NCBI GenBank assembly: GCA_045837725.1
Contig: JBEWZL010000077.1
Location: forward strand, 186,001 to 250,000
Length of the DNA stretch: 64,000 nucleotides
Direction: 5' to 3'
Origin: Vermamoeba vermiformis
Taxonomy: Eukaryota
Shown: one piece after another, positions 1 through 11,944 of the stretch
How positions within the stretch are numbered: the first letter of the stretch is position 1
Layout of the letters: each line of letters begins with the position of its first letter
Program-made: the position numbers and the translations under genes
The notes under the pieces: generated by a model
Seen by the model: the letters and a program-made list of their open reading frames with translations, nothing else
The model's database searches: none
What the model was told of the DNA's origin: nothing

Positions 1-88
1 TCGCCCATATTAAGAAAATTAGTTTGATGCATTCATTGTTATTTTACAAGTCTAGAAATACACTATTTACAATTGATTTGTTTTCTAT

Positions 89-2196
89 TTACACAATACT
101 CTTAGTCGAGGCAGTAGCAACACCCGAGCGAGGAGTTTGAGTGTTGTCAGATCCGGATGAAGTTGTGTGCGTGGCATTGCCGCGAGGAGTGACGCCCATG
201 AAGTGGATTTGGAAGAAAGCTATGAGACCGAGCACTACTGCTGGCTCAATGATAAAACCGACCCACATGTAGTTGTTGGAGAGGGTCATTGTCGCGAAGA
301 CTGAGGTCAGGATCGGATGTAGCAACGAAAAGACACAAGAAATGATAATGGACGTTCGAGTCTAGAAATAAGAATCTTAGTACTGATGAAATTAATTATT
401 GGAGCTTGATTTGCTTACTCTTCGCAGAGTTTGAATTTTGCTCTTGGATTTGTTGTTGGCTACAAAGTTGTTTAAGAGCTTGACGACTTTAACAGCGACA
501 GCAATATAGAAGGCAGCAATCATCAAGATAAGAACGGCGGTAAGAATACCAATGTAGAGCATTACACTGGACTGGATGTAAAGCGTGTCGACGATAATAC
601 CAGCAACAGGGAGGAGATTGAGAATTAATGCGAGAGTAAAGAACGGAACTCGTACTCTATATATTTAAATTTATTAGTATGACGCACGAGGGCAAAGAAG
701 GAAATTTTAAAATTGGATCCACTTACCTTTTGCTCAAGAACGGAGAAGTCTTTAATCCTTGGTACGCACTAACAGTTTCGAACCAAAAGAAGACCATTAA
801 TAGCAGACCGGAGACTGTTCATGAAAAGGGAGTCTTAATAAGATCCGATCCGCTTGAAATTTAAATTTGATGAGCTTACACGCCCAAGAATCTTGTAAGA
901 ATATCAAGAAAGTCTGCATCGGTACAGGATAGAAGCGACCTTCGATAGGGTCAATCCAAAGCACAATCACAACTGTCATTGGAATAATTAGTTGATTATT
1001 TTTAGCGTTCAGATCCGCTTCCGCTTACTCAGAAAATAGACCATTTCAATTAATAAGAACACAAATCCGACGTTCAGGCGGACACCTATGGTTTTAATCA
1101 TGCGCACTAGTTTGAATATGGCGTAAGCTAACAAGCCTCCGTGGCCTAGTTCGATGATGATCTGAACGGTCAAGAACCATCCAGTGCGAAAAACAGCGTC
1201 ATGCCACGTGTTGACAGCTATTAGCAATGTTATAACTGGCGTCATATTGTTATAAGGTACGTACTGGGCTCGAGCTGGATCGTTACGTAGCCTGTTGAAT
1301 TAATAACTTGTTGAAGCAGCTTGTCTCCTTCCATGCCAATCTGGAAAAGGAGTACAAGTAAGAACTAGTGATATTAAATTCCGACAGCAGTGCACAGTAA
1401 TATACTTGTCAATAGCAGTTGAATTTTGTGCGGTTACAAAAAAGTGAAATTTCCTCAATAAATTTATGCAAAGTCAACAAAATCTGAATAATACATGCTA
1501 CTGACATCGGAGACGGATGAGTTATATGGTCGTACTTACGCCGACTACTGGATAGTTAATGGCTTCACCGTGGTTCGAATAAGATTTTTGACCCGGATGT
1601 AGGGTATTATCGAGGATCATTATTCCCACTGCGCCGGCTATTAAAGGGGGAAATATTAGTTTTAATACTGGTAAACTATCCACAACTAAAAATAAACGCA
1701 CAAAAATTAACTTTTGCAATGTAATTTTAAATTGTACTGCGACATTCCCGGTTAGGAAATCTTAAATTCGTATCAATTGTTGTTCCTACCTTGAATAGCG
1801 TAGTTTACTTTGTCTATCATCGAGCATCCATATGTGGTGAGGACTACTATCTGTCCTACCGCGCTGTACTGCTCGCATCCGTTTCCCTGCCACAGATTTC
1901 AAGTTCAGTACGGAGGAATTCGGGCGGCAATAGTACTACCTGACTTACTAGATAGGTGACATTACCGACTACTTGGAACTCTGTCGCGAAGTAATTATGC
2001 ACTGGCGAGTCAATTTCTTTGCTGTTCATTTAAGGGTTAGATCTTGCTGTTCGATTAATTGTTGTTGATTTGAAGCATTGAAACAGGCTTCGCATCAAGG
2101 ATATTTCTTTAAGACTTACTTTTCATATTCAATTGGGGCTACAATAAAGGATGCGCGGGCAAAGTTTACCGCTAGCAAAAGCATACAGATGCGCAT
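89..2196 (-). CDS. Signal peptide + PA (protease-associated) domain + 7TM receptor-like membrane protein (multi-exon)
   Basis: Manual splicing gives MRICMLLLAVNFARA (signal), PA-like segments GNGCEQ..VGQIVVLTTYGCSMIDKVNYAIQ/AGAVGIMILDN../..NYPVVG/IGMEGDKLLQQV, then about seven hydrophobic segments (ORFs 1009-1245, 797-979, exon ~417-657, ORF 89-325) and a Ser/Thr-rich tail. Confidence 0.7.
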
Positions 2197-2594
2197 AAAA
2201 TTTGAGAATGAAGAGTAATTGCGCCTCATTTGTGGTCTATCTTACTAGTCGTGGAATAAATAACAATTTTACAACAGTCGAGGAATAAATTTGTGACAAA
2301 CGGCTGAACATTCAGCTTTTTCCAAATTTAGACCCATCGCAATAAAACTTATTTGAGAATTAATTTGCGACTGTCTACCTCTAGTAATTTCTTATTAAAT
2401 TTCGAGAATAGGGTTTAAAGTTTATCCGCCGATCGGAGGCGCTATGCAATTTCAAACTCGTTCTCAGTACGCGGATGTCGAAAATATAAATTCCGTATAC
2501 CGACCGAATCGGAGGTTAAATTCGCTTCGAAATGTAATAATAGGGCAGAACAGATTTATCGCAATGATATTCAGCCAATTGGCACATGTTCCGC

Positions 2595-4710
2595 TTACTG
2601 ATCTTCGACGGCGTGCGAGGGCGAGTAGCGCTCTTCTGGCACTGCTGGATGGGCTGGTGAGGCCTCGCGGGACCCATCTCGAGCACTTCTGTCGCGTGAA
2701 GGACTGCGTGACTTGCTGGCTCGTTGTTGTACCGGTGAGCGAGATCTACTTTTAGAGCGGGATCTATTTTTAGACTCGTCTTTAGGGCTGTTCCGTACAA
2801 CGACGGTAAATCTGTCTTGCGTGCGATCTCGTTGATAATCTCGATCACGGTCGTGACGGTCACGTGATCTCGATCGATCTCTGTGGCGGCGCGGTGATCT
2901 GGAGCGAGATCTGCTGCGAGGTCGATAATTTTCACGGGGCGGGCTAGTTCCATATTTAGACGTTAGTGACTATAATTAGCGCTATGAGTCAATATATTAC
3001 CTTCGTCTACGATCACGATTGCGGTCTCTGTCTCTGTCATAGTGAGATCTGTTTCTGTTGTAGCCGCGATCCCGATCTCTGTCGCGACCCCCTCTGTAGT
3101 CTCGGTTATTATAGCCGCCATTGTTGTCGCGGAATTTCATTGCACCACGGCCCTTCACTGTGCGGCCACTGCTGTCGTAGCGTGGTGGCGGTGTTCTGGA
3201 CCGTTCTCGTTCTCTTGATCTGTCGCGCTCTCGAGACCGAGATCGATCACGTGATTTTGTTTCCTTTTCAGGCAATGATTTATCTTCGTCTTTGCCGTTA
3301 CTCTCATCGCGCTCTTTTTGTTCCTCTTTGTCGCTCTTCTCGTCCTTGTGCTCGTCTTTATCTTTGTCCTCTGTCGCTCTGTCACTTTCTTTTTCTTTTC
3401 TTCTCTTCTTGTGTTTGCGCTTCTTTTCTTTGCGTTTTTTGCTCTTTTTCTTCTTCTTCTTGCGCCGTTCTTCTGAACTCGAAGACGATGAGTCAGAGTC
3501 AGAGTCTGACTCCGATGATGATTCAGAAGACGAGGCTGATGACGATGATGACGCACTTCTCTTTCTCTTCTTGCCTGCAAAATATATTGGTGTTAAATTT
3601 CCAGGAACAAATGTAACACAGCACGACCAGATCCTAAGATTAACATTGAACGAATAATACAGTGTATCTTTCTGTTAATAATAATAATAGTAATATAATG
3701 TGTTATTGATCGATATTGAGCACATTGGTCGCATAAGAATGAGTCATTGAAGTACCTTTCTTGACGAGTTCCAATTCACCGCAGTCATACACCAACACGT
3801 CCTCGTAAGGCTTGTTGTTCTCACCAGTCAATGAACTTTCAATCACTGACACCACACTCATGCCGTCAACGACCTCGCCGAAGATCACGTGCTTGCTAGC
3901 GTTAGAGGTCAGCGAGGGCGATTTATGAAATTAGTGCAAAAGTACTTACCCGTCGAGATGAGGGGTGGGGACTGTAGTAATGAAAAACTAATACAATACA
4001 TTAATATCACAGTATAATAATAAGCCTATAATATAGTGTTTTTGCTTTACAAAATGACTTACTTGGGATCCGTTAGTGTTTGGACCAGCATTAGCCATCG
4101 ATAATAATCCGGCTTTGACATGTTTCAACGATAAATTTTCATCTAATACAAAAGCGAATTAGTAATTATTCGAGTATTTATTACAAATAGAATACGCAAC
4201 GATTTTTCAGCGTGGATCCTTATTTTTGCTGCATTGTTTGTAGTATGAAATTACCTTCAAATTTGCCGCCATAAATAGACTCGCCACCAGTACCATTGCC
4301 ACGTGTAAAATCTCCTCCTTGAATCATAAAGCCTTGCAAAAAAAAAAATCAGAAAAAATACAAAAATTAATTAAAAATAATCCTTACCTTTAATCACTCT
4401 ATGGAAGGTTGATCCTTTATAATGCAATGGTTTTCCCGATTTTCCAATACCTCGCTCGCCTAAAAATAAATCGCCCATTATTTTTGTCGCTTTCTAACTC
4501 GTTAATTATATTCTAATAAGTACCTGTACATAATGCTCTAAAATTTTCAGCAGTTTTTGGGCATTTATCGTTGTATAATTCAATGACGATTCTTCCGACT
4601 AAAATATTTTGTTAGATCTTACTAGTACTATTGCATTAAGCCTTACTCTTATTTCTGCCTATGGATATATCCAAAAAGCAACGTGAACGTTGTTTGCTCT
4701 TCTTTCCCAT
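2595..4710 (-). CDS. Cyclophilin-type PPIase with Lys/acidic region and C-terminal RS domain (PPIG/CYP63-like)
   Basis: Spliced exons give [90 protein letters not shown] repeats at 2600-3275; stop at 2595-2597. Confidence 0.92.
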
Positions 4711-4769
4711 GGCTGGATTCGAAATAAAAAGCCGTTTTTTGGATTTTTCTTCGTTACCAAATGATTTGA

Positions 4770-4852
4770 GGGAGGCGTAAAACTCCCGTCGGTTTTCATT
4801 TTAAACCGACAGTTTTTTTGAAGACCTACAGTCCGTCTGTCTGCCGGTTTTC
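4770..4852. repeat. Left terminal inverted repeat, with subterminal CGGTTTT copies extending to ~4890
   Basis: Reverse complement of 6498-6579 with about 6 differences; CCGTCGGTT occurs three times. Confidence 0.92.
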
Positions 4853-4863
4853 TTCCGTCGGTT

Positions 4864-5748
4864 TTAATTCCGTCGGTTGGTGTCGGTTTTGTTCGCTAAT
4901 CGAAGCTCTGGGGCCACGGAATTGAGCCACAAAGTAGTAGCGGGGTGAAATAAGTTTATTAACAACGAATCTACCAAGAATCGCTGCAGATCAGCGTCAG
5001 GTATTTCAAACGAATACTCCTTGCGTATCTCTGCCAGTTTATTATTAGCACAGGCCAATTAACTTACGTTTGGTCATATTCCCAAGGCTCGTTTTTCCTG
5101 GCCGCGATCGAATCCAGATCAAGATTGTTGCACCATGGTACTATTTTGTTTCGTCGCCTAGTGCCGATCATTTTTGCGATTAATTCCTCCTCAGTGTAGC
5201 TAATTGATTCCAACAAGAGCTGATGTCATCTTCAATAGGTGGGAATGCTGGTCGGATCGTTATGGAAAGATCGGACAAAATTATCTTATTTGAGGGGTGA
5301 TCAAGTCGACTCTCGGATGAATAGCTATGTGTTGATCTTCTGATGGCTGATAGCATAATAATATTCTCTTTGGAAGCTTTGCCAGTGACGATCTTGATCT
5401 CGCGTTGTTGAAATTTATCAATGAGCACTTCTGGAACCTCGAGATATCCTTAGATATCGCTTCAGTATATACCAGCGTTATATAAATTTTTTTCGAACCT
5501 TTATTCTCTGTCGGGTCGCAAACGGATTGTGAGATATTGTTGTACTTCGTCATAATGTGGCACGGGGTATTCTTTGGCAGTAGTTCGCCCAGGAGCATCA
5601 TAAAGGCTGTAATCAGTTTCACTTTGATACACAAAATTAGTACAGTCTTATTTTGCTGATATTGTCTCTTCTTGTGCTGTATTTTCCAAAAATGTGCACG
5701 TGCGAAGATCTGATTTCGATAAAAGTAGAGCGATATCTTTGAGCTCAA
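4864..5748 (-). pseudogene. Possible decayed transposase remnant
   Basis: Frameshifted fragments in hAT-like order: FARAH (cf. CxAH), TKYNN about 49 aa later (cf. TRWNS), LAEIRKEYSFEIPDADLQRF (cf. dimerization motif LA..A..YL.IP.SSA..ER.FS); similarity is weak. Confidence 0.35.
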
Positions 5749-6497
5749 AACCAGTCTGCAAAATTTACTTACTTATCGTTGATGCTCTTGGTGATGATAT
5801 GAGGCTCTATACGACATAGTAAGTCACATGAAGTGAATCCGGTTTTCGAACTTACTGAACCTCTTTGCTAGCAATATCGAAGAACTCATAATTAATAAGA
5901 GGAAGACACGCCACAGTACTATTGTCTTGTATCTTGTGAGCTCCGTAATGAGACGTATATCGTCGATCCCTTGCTTTGGCGATCCAGCCGAGCCGTCTTT
6001 CGAGGGCGTTGTCTTTCTCAGCTATTGTCCGTAATTTTCTAAAGCACTTTGTAAAACAGCTTAGCGAAATCAGGAACTTTTGGGTTCGCTGTTAAACGGA
6101 ACGAGATCAGATCAAGCGTAGATGGGAAAATTGGTACACACCACTCAATTCTTCGTGCCCTCGCTTCTTTCCGACAGTACTTTTGGTTTTAGAATGATGG
6201 TCCATTTGCTCGCAACGTGCTAAACAAAATTTTAAAAATGCAATTTCAAAAGCGATCACGAAATTAATGCTTATAAACAGCAATAAAATTCAGGTAATAA
6301 TTTCAAAATTAATGACGTACCATAGCATCACCAGATTCGTTTACAGTAGGACAGATCATGACGCTGACGTTGTTTTATCTAACAAAAAGGTGAGAAATAA
6401 GGCGGAATATGCCCGCACAAACGTTATTCTGCATGCCTTCTGTGGTATACAAAGCGGCGGTTCATGTCGGTTTGAGGTCAGCGCCGGCGTATTTTTT

Positions 6498-6579
6498 GAA
6501 AACCGCCAGACAGACGGATTGTAGGTCTTTAAAAAACTGTAGGTTTAAATTGAAAACCGACGGGAGTTTTACGCCTCCC
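6498..6579. repeat. Right terminal inverted repeat
   Basis: Reverse complement of 4770-4852. Confidence 0.92.
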
Positions 6580-6671
6580 TGATTTGAACGTGCAAATAGA
6601 AGTGCACATCTATCTATATATCTTATTGCCACCATTTTATCGTGAGACTACTAGCATCTATTACGGTGGCG

Positions 6672-8359
6672 ATGAATTACCTTTTGGATTTGCCCAGTGA
6701 TTTGTTGGGCGAAATAATGGCTTATCTCAAGCAAAAATATTATTCAAGGTAATTATAAAAGGCTTTGAAGTAGTATTTTTAACCTCTGCGGTATAGCCGC
6801 AGATATTTTTATAAATTATATGAAAAATTGATTAGTTAGACCGAGATCCAATCCGCCGGTCTATTTATTTGCATAGTTAATATTACTAAAAATAATTTAG
6901 AATGTCTGTAACGTGCCGAAAAATGAACGAGCAGATCTGGTCTCATCTCAAACTCGTCTCACTATCAGAATGGGTATTCAAACGGCATTTTGCAAACAAA
7001 CTACTCGATACGAATAGATTTAGCAATTTAGAGAGCTTAAATATTCCGAGTATCACCACACAAGTGCTGCATCTGTCGCGCTTGACATCTCTCGAAGTCA
7101 AATACGATTATAGTGCAGATCAAGCATTGATAATTAAGCAATTAACACAGTTATACGCATTGGGGATTTATTCTGCTGAAAATACCATATCAGATTTGAC
7201 TGCGATGCTTGGCGACGGTCATAGCAAATTAACAAATTTACGAGTGCATTCGTTCAATTATCCTATTGGTAAGCATCACTATTGTCATATGATATACAAC
7301 TCAGTAATTTATTGGAAATCGTGCGCATATTTTATTAATAACAATTAATTGGCTAATTTTTTGGTACAGGTTTATTTCAAGTGCCAGTCATGAGTCGATT
7401 GAAAGCTCTTTCATTACGTCTTGAAATTTCGAGATCGAAAGCAATTGAAGCGACGACACTAGAGCCGTTATTTAATATGACCAATTTGGAATACCTCGAA
7501 ATTAGAAGCATCCGAGTCACCGCAGATCGAGTAACCGGCTTCTCTCGCTTGATTAATCTGCAAGATATCGATTTCTTTTCTTTTAGGAGCGATTCTAATG
7601 CAAATATTATCAATTTTGAAGAATTTCAAGCGATGAAAGCTTTGACTCGACTCGACGTATTTGAACAACGTCTGGTTGAAGAAGATATTCGAAATATTGG
7701 AAAATTGACGAACCTTGTATCACTATATATTTCTGAATACTATTATCCGCCTTCTCTAGAATATTTGTCTGGTCTGACGAATCTGACTCGACTTTGGCAA
7801 TCAGCCTCGGAAAGGAACGATATGGCACCTCAATTCAAATACTTAACGAAGTTAGAGTATATTTTAACACCTGTTTGTGCTACAATCACTCAACTCCAAC
7901 ATTTACCGCGCCTGACGGATCTGTCTTTTACTCTTGGCCACATGACCTCCGAACAACTCTGTTGCATTGGCTCGATGACGCAGCTACACGCATTAGACAT
8001 ATCGAACGATGTACTGGAGGGCACTATTGATTTAAGTGGCCTCATTAATGTCACGTGCATTACACTCTGCATTGGGCTATTTAATGTAAATATCTTACAA
8101 CGACGTAAGTGTTGCCTCTTGATTAAATAGACCTCATATTAACGATCCTTATTATGTAGGTTTACTCGATGTATTAATGCCGTTGACAAACTTGAAAGTG
8201 TTGCAACTGGATTATGAAGGCGTTTCAGATATGTCTGCAGACGAGTTTCATTCCCTTCAACAACTCACTCACCTCACAAAGTTATATTTGTACAGCGCGC
8301 AAGAAAATACCGCGTTTAATCTGGACTCGTTGCCCTACAAAGTCAAACTTGTCTGGTGA
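6672..8359 (+). CDS. F-box + leucine-rich repeat protein
   Basis: Exon 1 MNYLLDLPSDLLGEIMAYL (F-box); LxxLTNLxxL repeats in ORFs 6902-7348, 7381-8130, 8177-8359. Confidence 0.85.
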
Positions 8360-8728
8360 AGTGGCCTTGACTAGACGATTATAGTACTGGTAAATAATTG
8401 TTTAGGCTTTTGGTTCCGCGAACTTAAAGGAATTGAATACAAGCCCTTACTCTCTCAGTCAGATAGATATTCAATGCCTCAGACAGCTTACTCAGCTCGC
8501 AAGACTTTATTTCTAGCTAGTAAGAGCAAATTCGAGCTCGTTATGAGGTTTATACCAGGTAGGTCATAGTAAATTTATTGCAATTCAATGATAGAAATAT
8601 ACGAATATTTTTGGAACAAAATTCTGAATTTATTCCAATTTGAGGCATTGTCACCGAACGAAGTTTACAAAAAACTTTCAATTTTTGTAGCGAAACCTTA
8701 GCAGTACAAATCGATTCACAAGAAGACC

Positions 8729-9513
8729 ATGAAGGCCATTGTTTTTGTTGCGTTCGTTTGTTTTAGCGCTGTTTTGCGTGCTCAAACCCTTGCTGTACCA
8801 AACACCTTAACTTGCGCACAAGTAAATTATACTTCTAGCGTTGGATCCAATATATGGAGTTCGCTTGGACAATATTGGTAAGTCTAATAATTTAGAAATA
8901 TTCTCCGTAATTATTAAAAATTATTGTACAAATCTCATGTTGAATCTCATAGGACGAACTCAAAGTGGGGAGACAACAAATCATATCTAAACTGGGATAA
9001 TTCACCTCTCACTCTGCTTCGCCTGACGTATGGCGCTCTGTACGGAAGTATCTCTGAAAACCTCTATATTCAGCCTAAGAGTGGATTGTGCACCACTTCA
9101 GTCGGTAAGGGAGTTGGCAGCATCTATACCGAATTCGTTTATGGCGGAAGGTTCTTGGGTAAGTTTAGACCTCACGAGAATACTCCGCATATGCGACGAA
9201 AATTCTAAATAAATTTCTTCTCCTGATCGCTGCAGGCGTCGAACAGATTAATGGCATTTACTGCCAGAAATGGTACTTTGGAGATCAACACGATTACTTC
9301 AGTGGCAGATACACGTTATGGGTCACCGCTGATAAGGTCTTCGGCTACAACATGCCTGTTCGATACATTGCTCAAGAAAAGAATGGCAAATCGCAACCCT
9401 TCCAAACGGTGCAAATGGACTTCATGACCATGTGCACGCCGCAAGTGCCGTCGGACGACCATTTCGCGACTCCAACGTACTGCCCTGGCCTCAGCTTGCC
9501 TGTCTCTGCCTAA
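8729..9513 (+). CDS. Small secreted/lysosomal protein, possibly ependymin-related (EPDR-like)
   Basis: Signal peptide MKAIVFVAFVCFSAVLRA; three exons; G.E.ING..C.KW segment and C-terminal DHFATPTYC resemble the EPDR F..P..C ending. Confidence 0.5.
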
Positions 9514-9770
9514 ACACGTATCGCTAGAATTGGCTAGAGACGCTGCTTCAAATCCTTTAGTTTAGTGCAGAAATCTATGTTATCAATAAAGTCACTATGA
9601 TCATAGAAAATATACGGGAGTTAGTGATGAGGACCGAATTTTTGTTTGGTTTTATTATTTCAGATTCTTCGGATGAACTTACCAAGCGTTATACAATTTC
9701 TCACCCGTTACAACTCTGATAAGATCCGATTATAGCTTGGTAGTACTTCAATTACATAGATCACAAGCAG

Positions 9771-11642
9771 ATGGTAAATTTTTGATTTTTTGGTTGAAAG
9801 ATACACGCATTCAGTCGTTTAAAATAATATCTTCGCATCAAATATGATACAAAATATTTATTTACGTCGATTACAAATTATTGGAGTTAAATAATAATTA
9901 TTTTAATTATTTTAAAGGATTACAACGACTTACCCAAGGAGCTGATCCACTCGATCATCTCGTTTGGGGACGAAAATACAAAAATGAATGCAAGGGCAGT
10001 GAATAGATGCTGGTTTTCATGTGTTGATCTGGACGAGTTCGAGATTCACTTCGTCAGGCCCAACGCTCTATCCGGGATCGTTCAACATTTTTCGAAGCAT
10101 TATGAAAACAAGTATATTGGAATAGCATTGAGGAAGATAGTTACAACTAATATCTACCAATTTCCATTTTATCATATCACCGCCTTAACGCAACTGACGT
10201 CGCTCGAAGTGACATACGAAGGCGGAGCTTTTCGTTGGCTTTCGCCCACGTTTTTATACGCCTTGACGAATTTACAACGATTATCGGAAATGGACACTGG
10301 CAGCACTTTAACAAACTTAACCACGCTAGAAATAAAGAATACGGCAGAATTTCCACTCCTGCAACATTACACCAAGTTGCGACACTTGAAAATACAACAA
10401 TATCGGACAAATGATGACCCGTTTGCACCAATCGCCAACCCCAGCAGATTAACCAAGTTAGAGGTTTATATGTCTCAAGTACGATTGACGGAAAGTGGTC
10501 TGAACAAGTTGAGTCAGTTCTACAATTTGAAAGAGCTCTCTTTCGGTACAAGAACGGAACAAACCTCAGCGCGATTATGTTTAACGCACTTGACGAGCTT
10601 AGAAAAACTCAACAGCACCGATGGGTTTTCTGATGATATCTTCACGTTGACGAGATTGACGTATTTGGTGGTTGGCAGTGCCTACAACCGTTCAGATCCG
10701 CTCAGCGATATTCAAAAGGTATCTGCTCTTCAGCGGTTGAAGTATTTAGAAATACACAGCGAAGAGAGGAAAAGCTTTGATTTCTCGTTTGTTTCTTATT
10801 TAACCGATTTGGAAGACTTTAAGACCTACACGAACGTGGCGGCTACAGAGACCTTGAAACATTTAAATTCTCAGAATCTCACGCGATTGGTAATGGTTGG
10901 ATTGACCACCGACTTGATTCTTGGTGATATCAACAAGTTATCTACATTATTGGAGCTGACGGTTAGCGACGCTTTTCTAAAAAATTCTCCCGACTATCAA
11001 GGTGGATTATCGCCACTGAAGAATTTAACAAGGTTGGTAATACAGCCTTCTCTGGTTCTTTTAGTTCAACCCACAATGCTGGATGCGCTCGAAAATTTGA
11101 AGTCGTTGGAGTTCTCGACCTATCCCTGGACGAGGCAACTACCTGAAAACTTCACGTTTAAGAATTTGCCTAATTTGGAGCATTTAAATCTCCCCTATGC
11201 ACCGTCGATATTAGCCTACAACAGTTTACAATACTTGACACGATTGACGTACTTATCAGCAAGTTTTACAGCCAAAGTTTTCACTGCCAATCCAACAGTA
11301 CTTAACAATCTACCGTTAAAAAAGTTGGTCTTCTCTAGGAAGATTGTGACGCCCGAGCTCTGGTCCATGCTGACGCATCTGCGGGCTCTGGAGCACTTGG
11401 TTATTTGGCGAGTCGATTCGGAAGAGATAATCGAGTCATTTTCAGTGCTGACGAACTTGACGCATTTAACTATCAAGAAAATGAAGATGCGTCACAAAGT
11501 TCGTGGACTGCACTTGACGAAGCTGACAAACTTGCAAGAACTCAGCTTTCGAGCGCATCCGCGAAAATATTATGCGAGATTGCCCTACGACTATTTGATA
11601 CAAAAAGGAATGACTCGATTATCAGTCTTAAATCTGCGATAG
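9771..11642 (+). CDS. F-box + leucine-rich repeat protein
   Basis: ATG micro-exon at 9771, then DYNDLPKELIHSIISF..MNARAVNRCW (F-box) and a 552-aa LRR ORF. Confidence 0.88.
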
Positions 11643-11944
11643 TAGCGAGGACAAATAAACAAACCTCCACCACAATGTATATATTTCAGCTTTGCTCGTC
11701 TGGACGCTACGAAGAGCGATCTTGAGCACTCGTGGATCGGATCTGGATGCGTTGCATTTCAAAGTCATTTTTAGCGACTAAAGGAACCGAATCTTGCTAC
11801 CGCCAGTGAAATCACACCGTAAGAACTTACGGTCGGCGAAATTATGCGACGCAAGCACGGAATCGCTGGCAAGTTCCGTTCCGCTCCGTAACTTGGGATT
11901 ATAAAAGGAAATTTTAGTTCATTTGAACTCAACGATTTAGCAAC

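Larger units (their letters stand above)
4770..6579. mobile_element. Class II DNA transposon, degenerate/non-autonomous, probably hAT-like
   Basis: About 83-bp imperfect terminal inverted repeats (4770-4852 and 6498-6579, starting GGGAGGCGTAAAACTCCCGTCGGTTTTCA) flanked by an identical 8-bp direct repeat TGATTTGA (4762-4769, 6580-6587); only broken ORFs inside. Confidence 0.9.

Noticed and set aside
1800-2030. GC-richer ORF-less stretch as a possible ncRNA
   Set aside because: Explained as small minus-strand coding exons of the PA-7TM gene
2966-3657. Cys/Ser-rich plus-strand ORFs
   Set aside because: Antisense of the cyclophilin RS/K-rich tail
4770-6579. Fanzor/TnpB cargo in the transposon
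   Set aside because: No RuvC or CxxC..RDxNAA motifs recognisable in the frames I read
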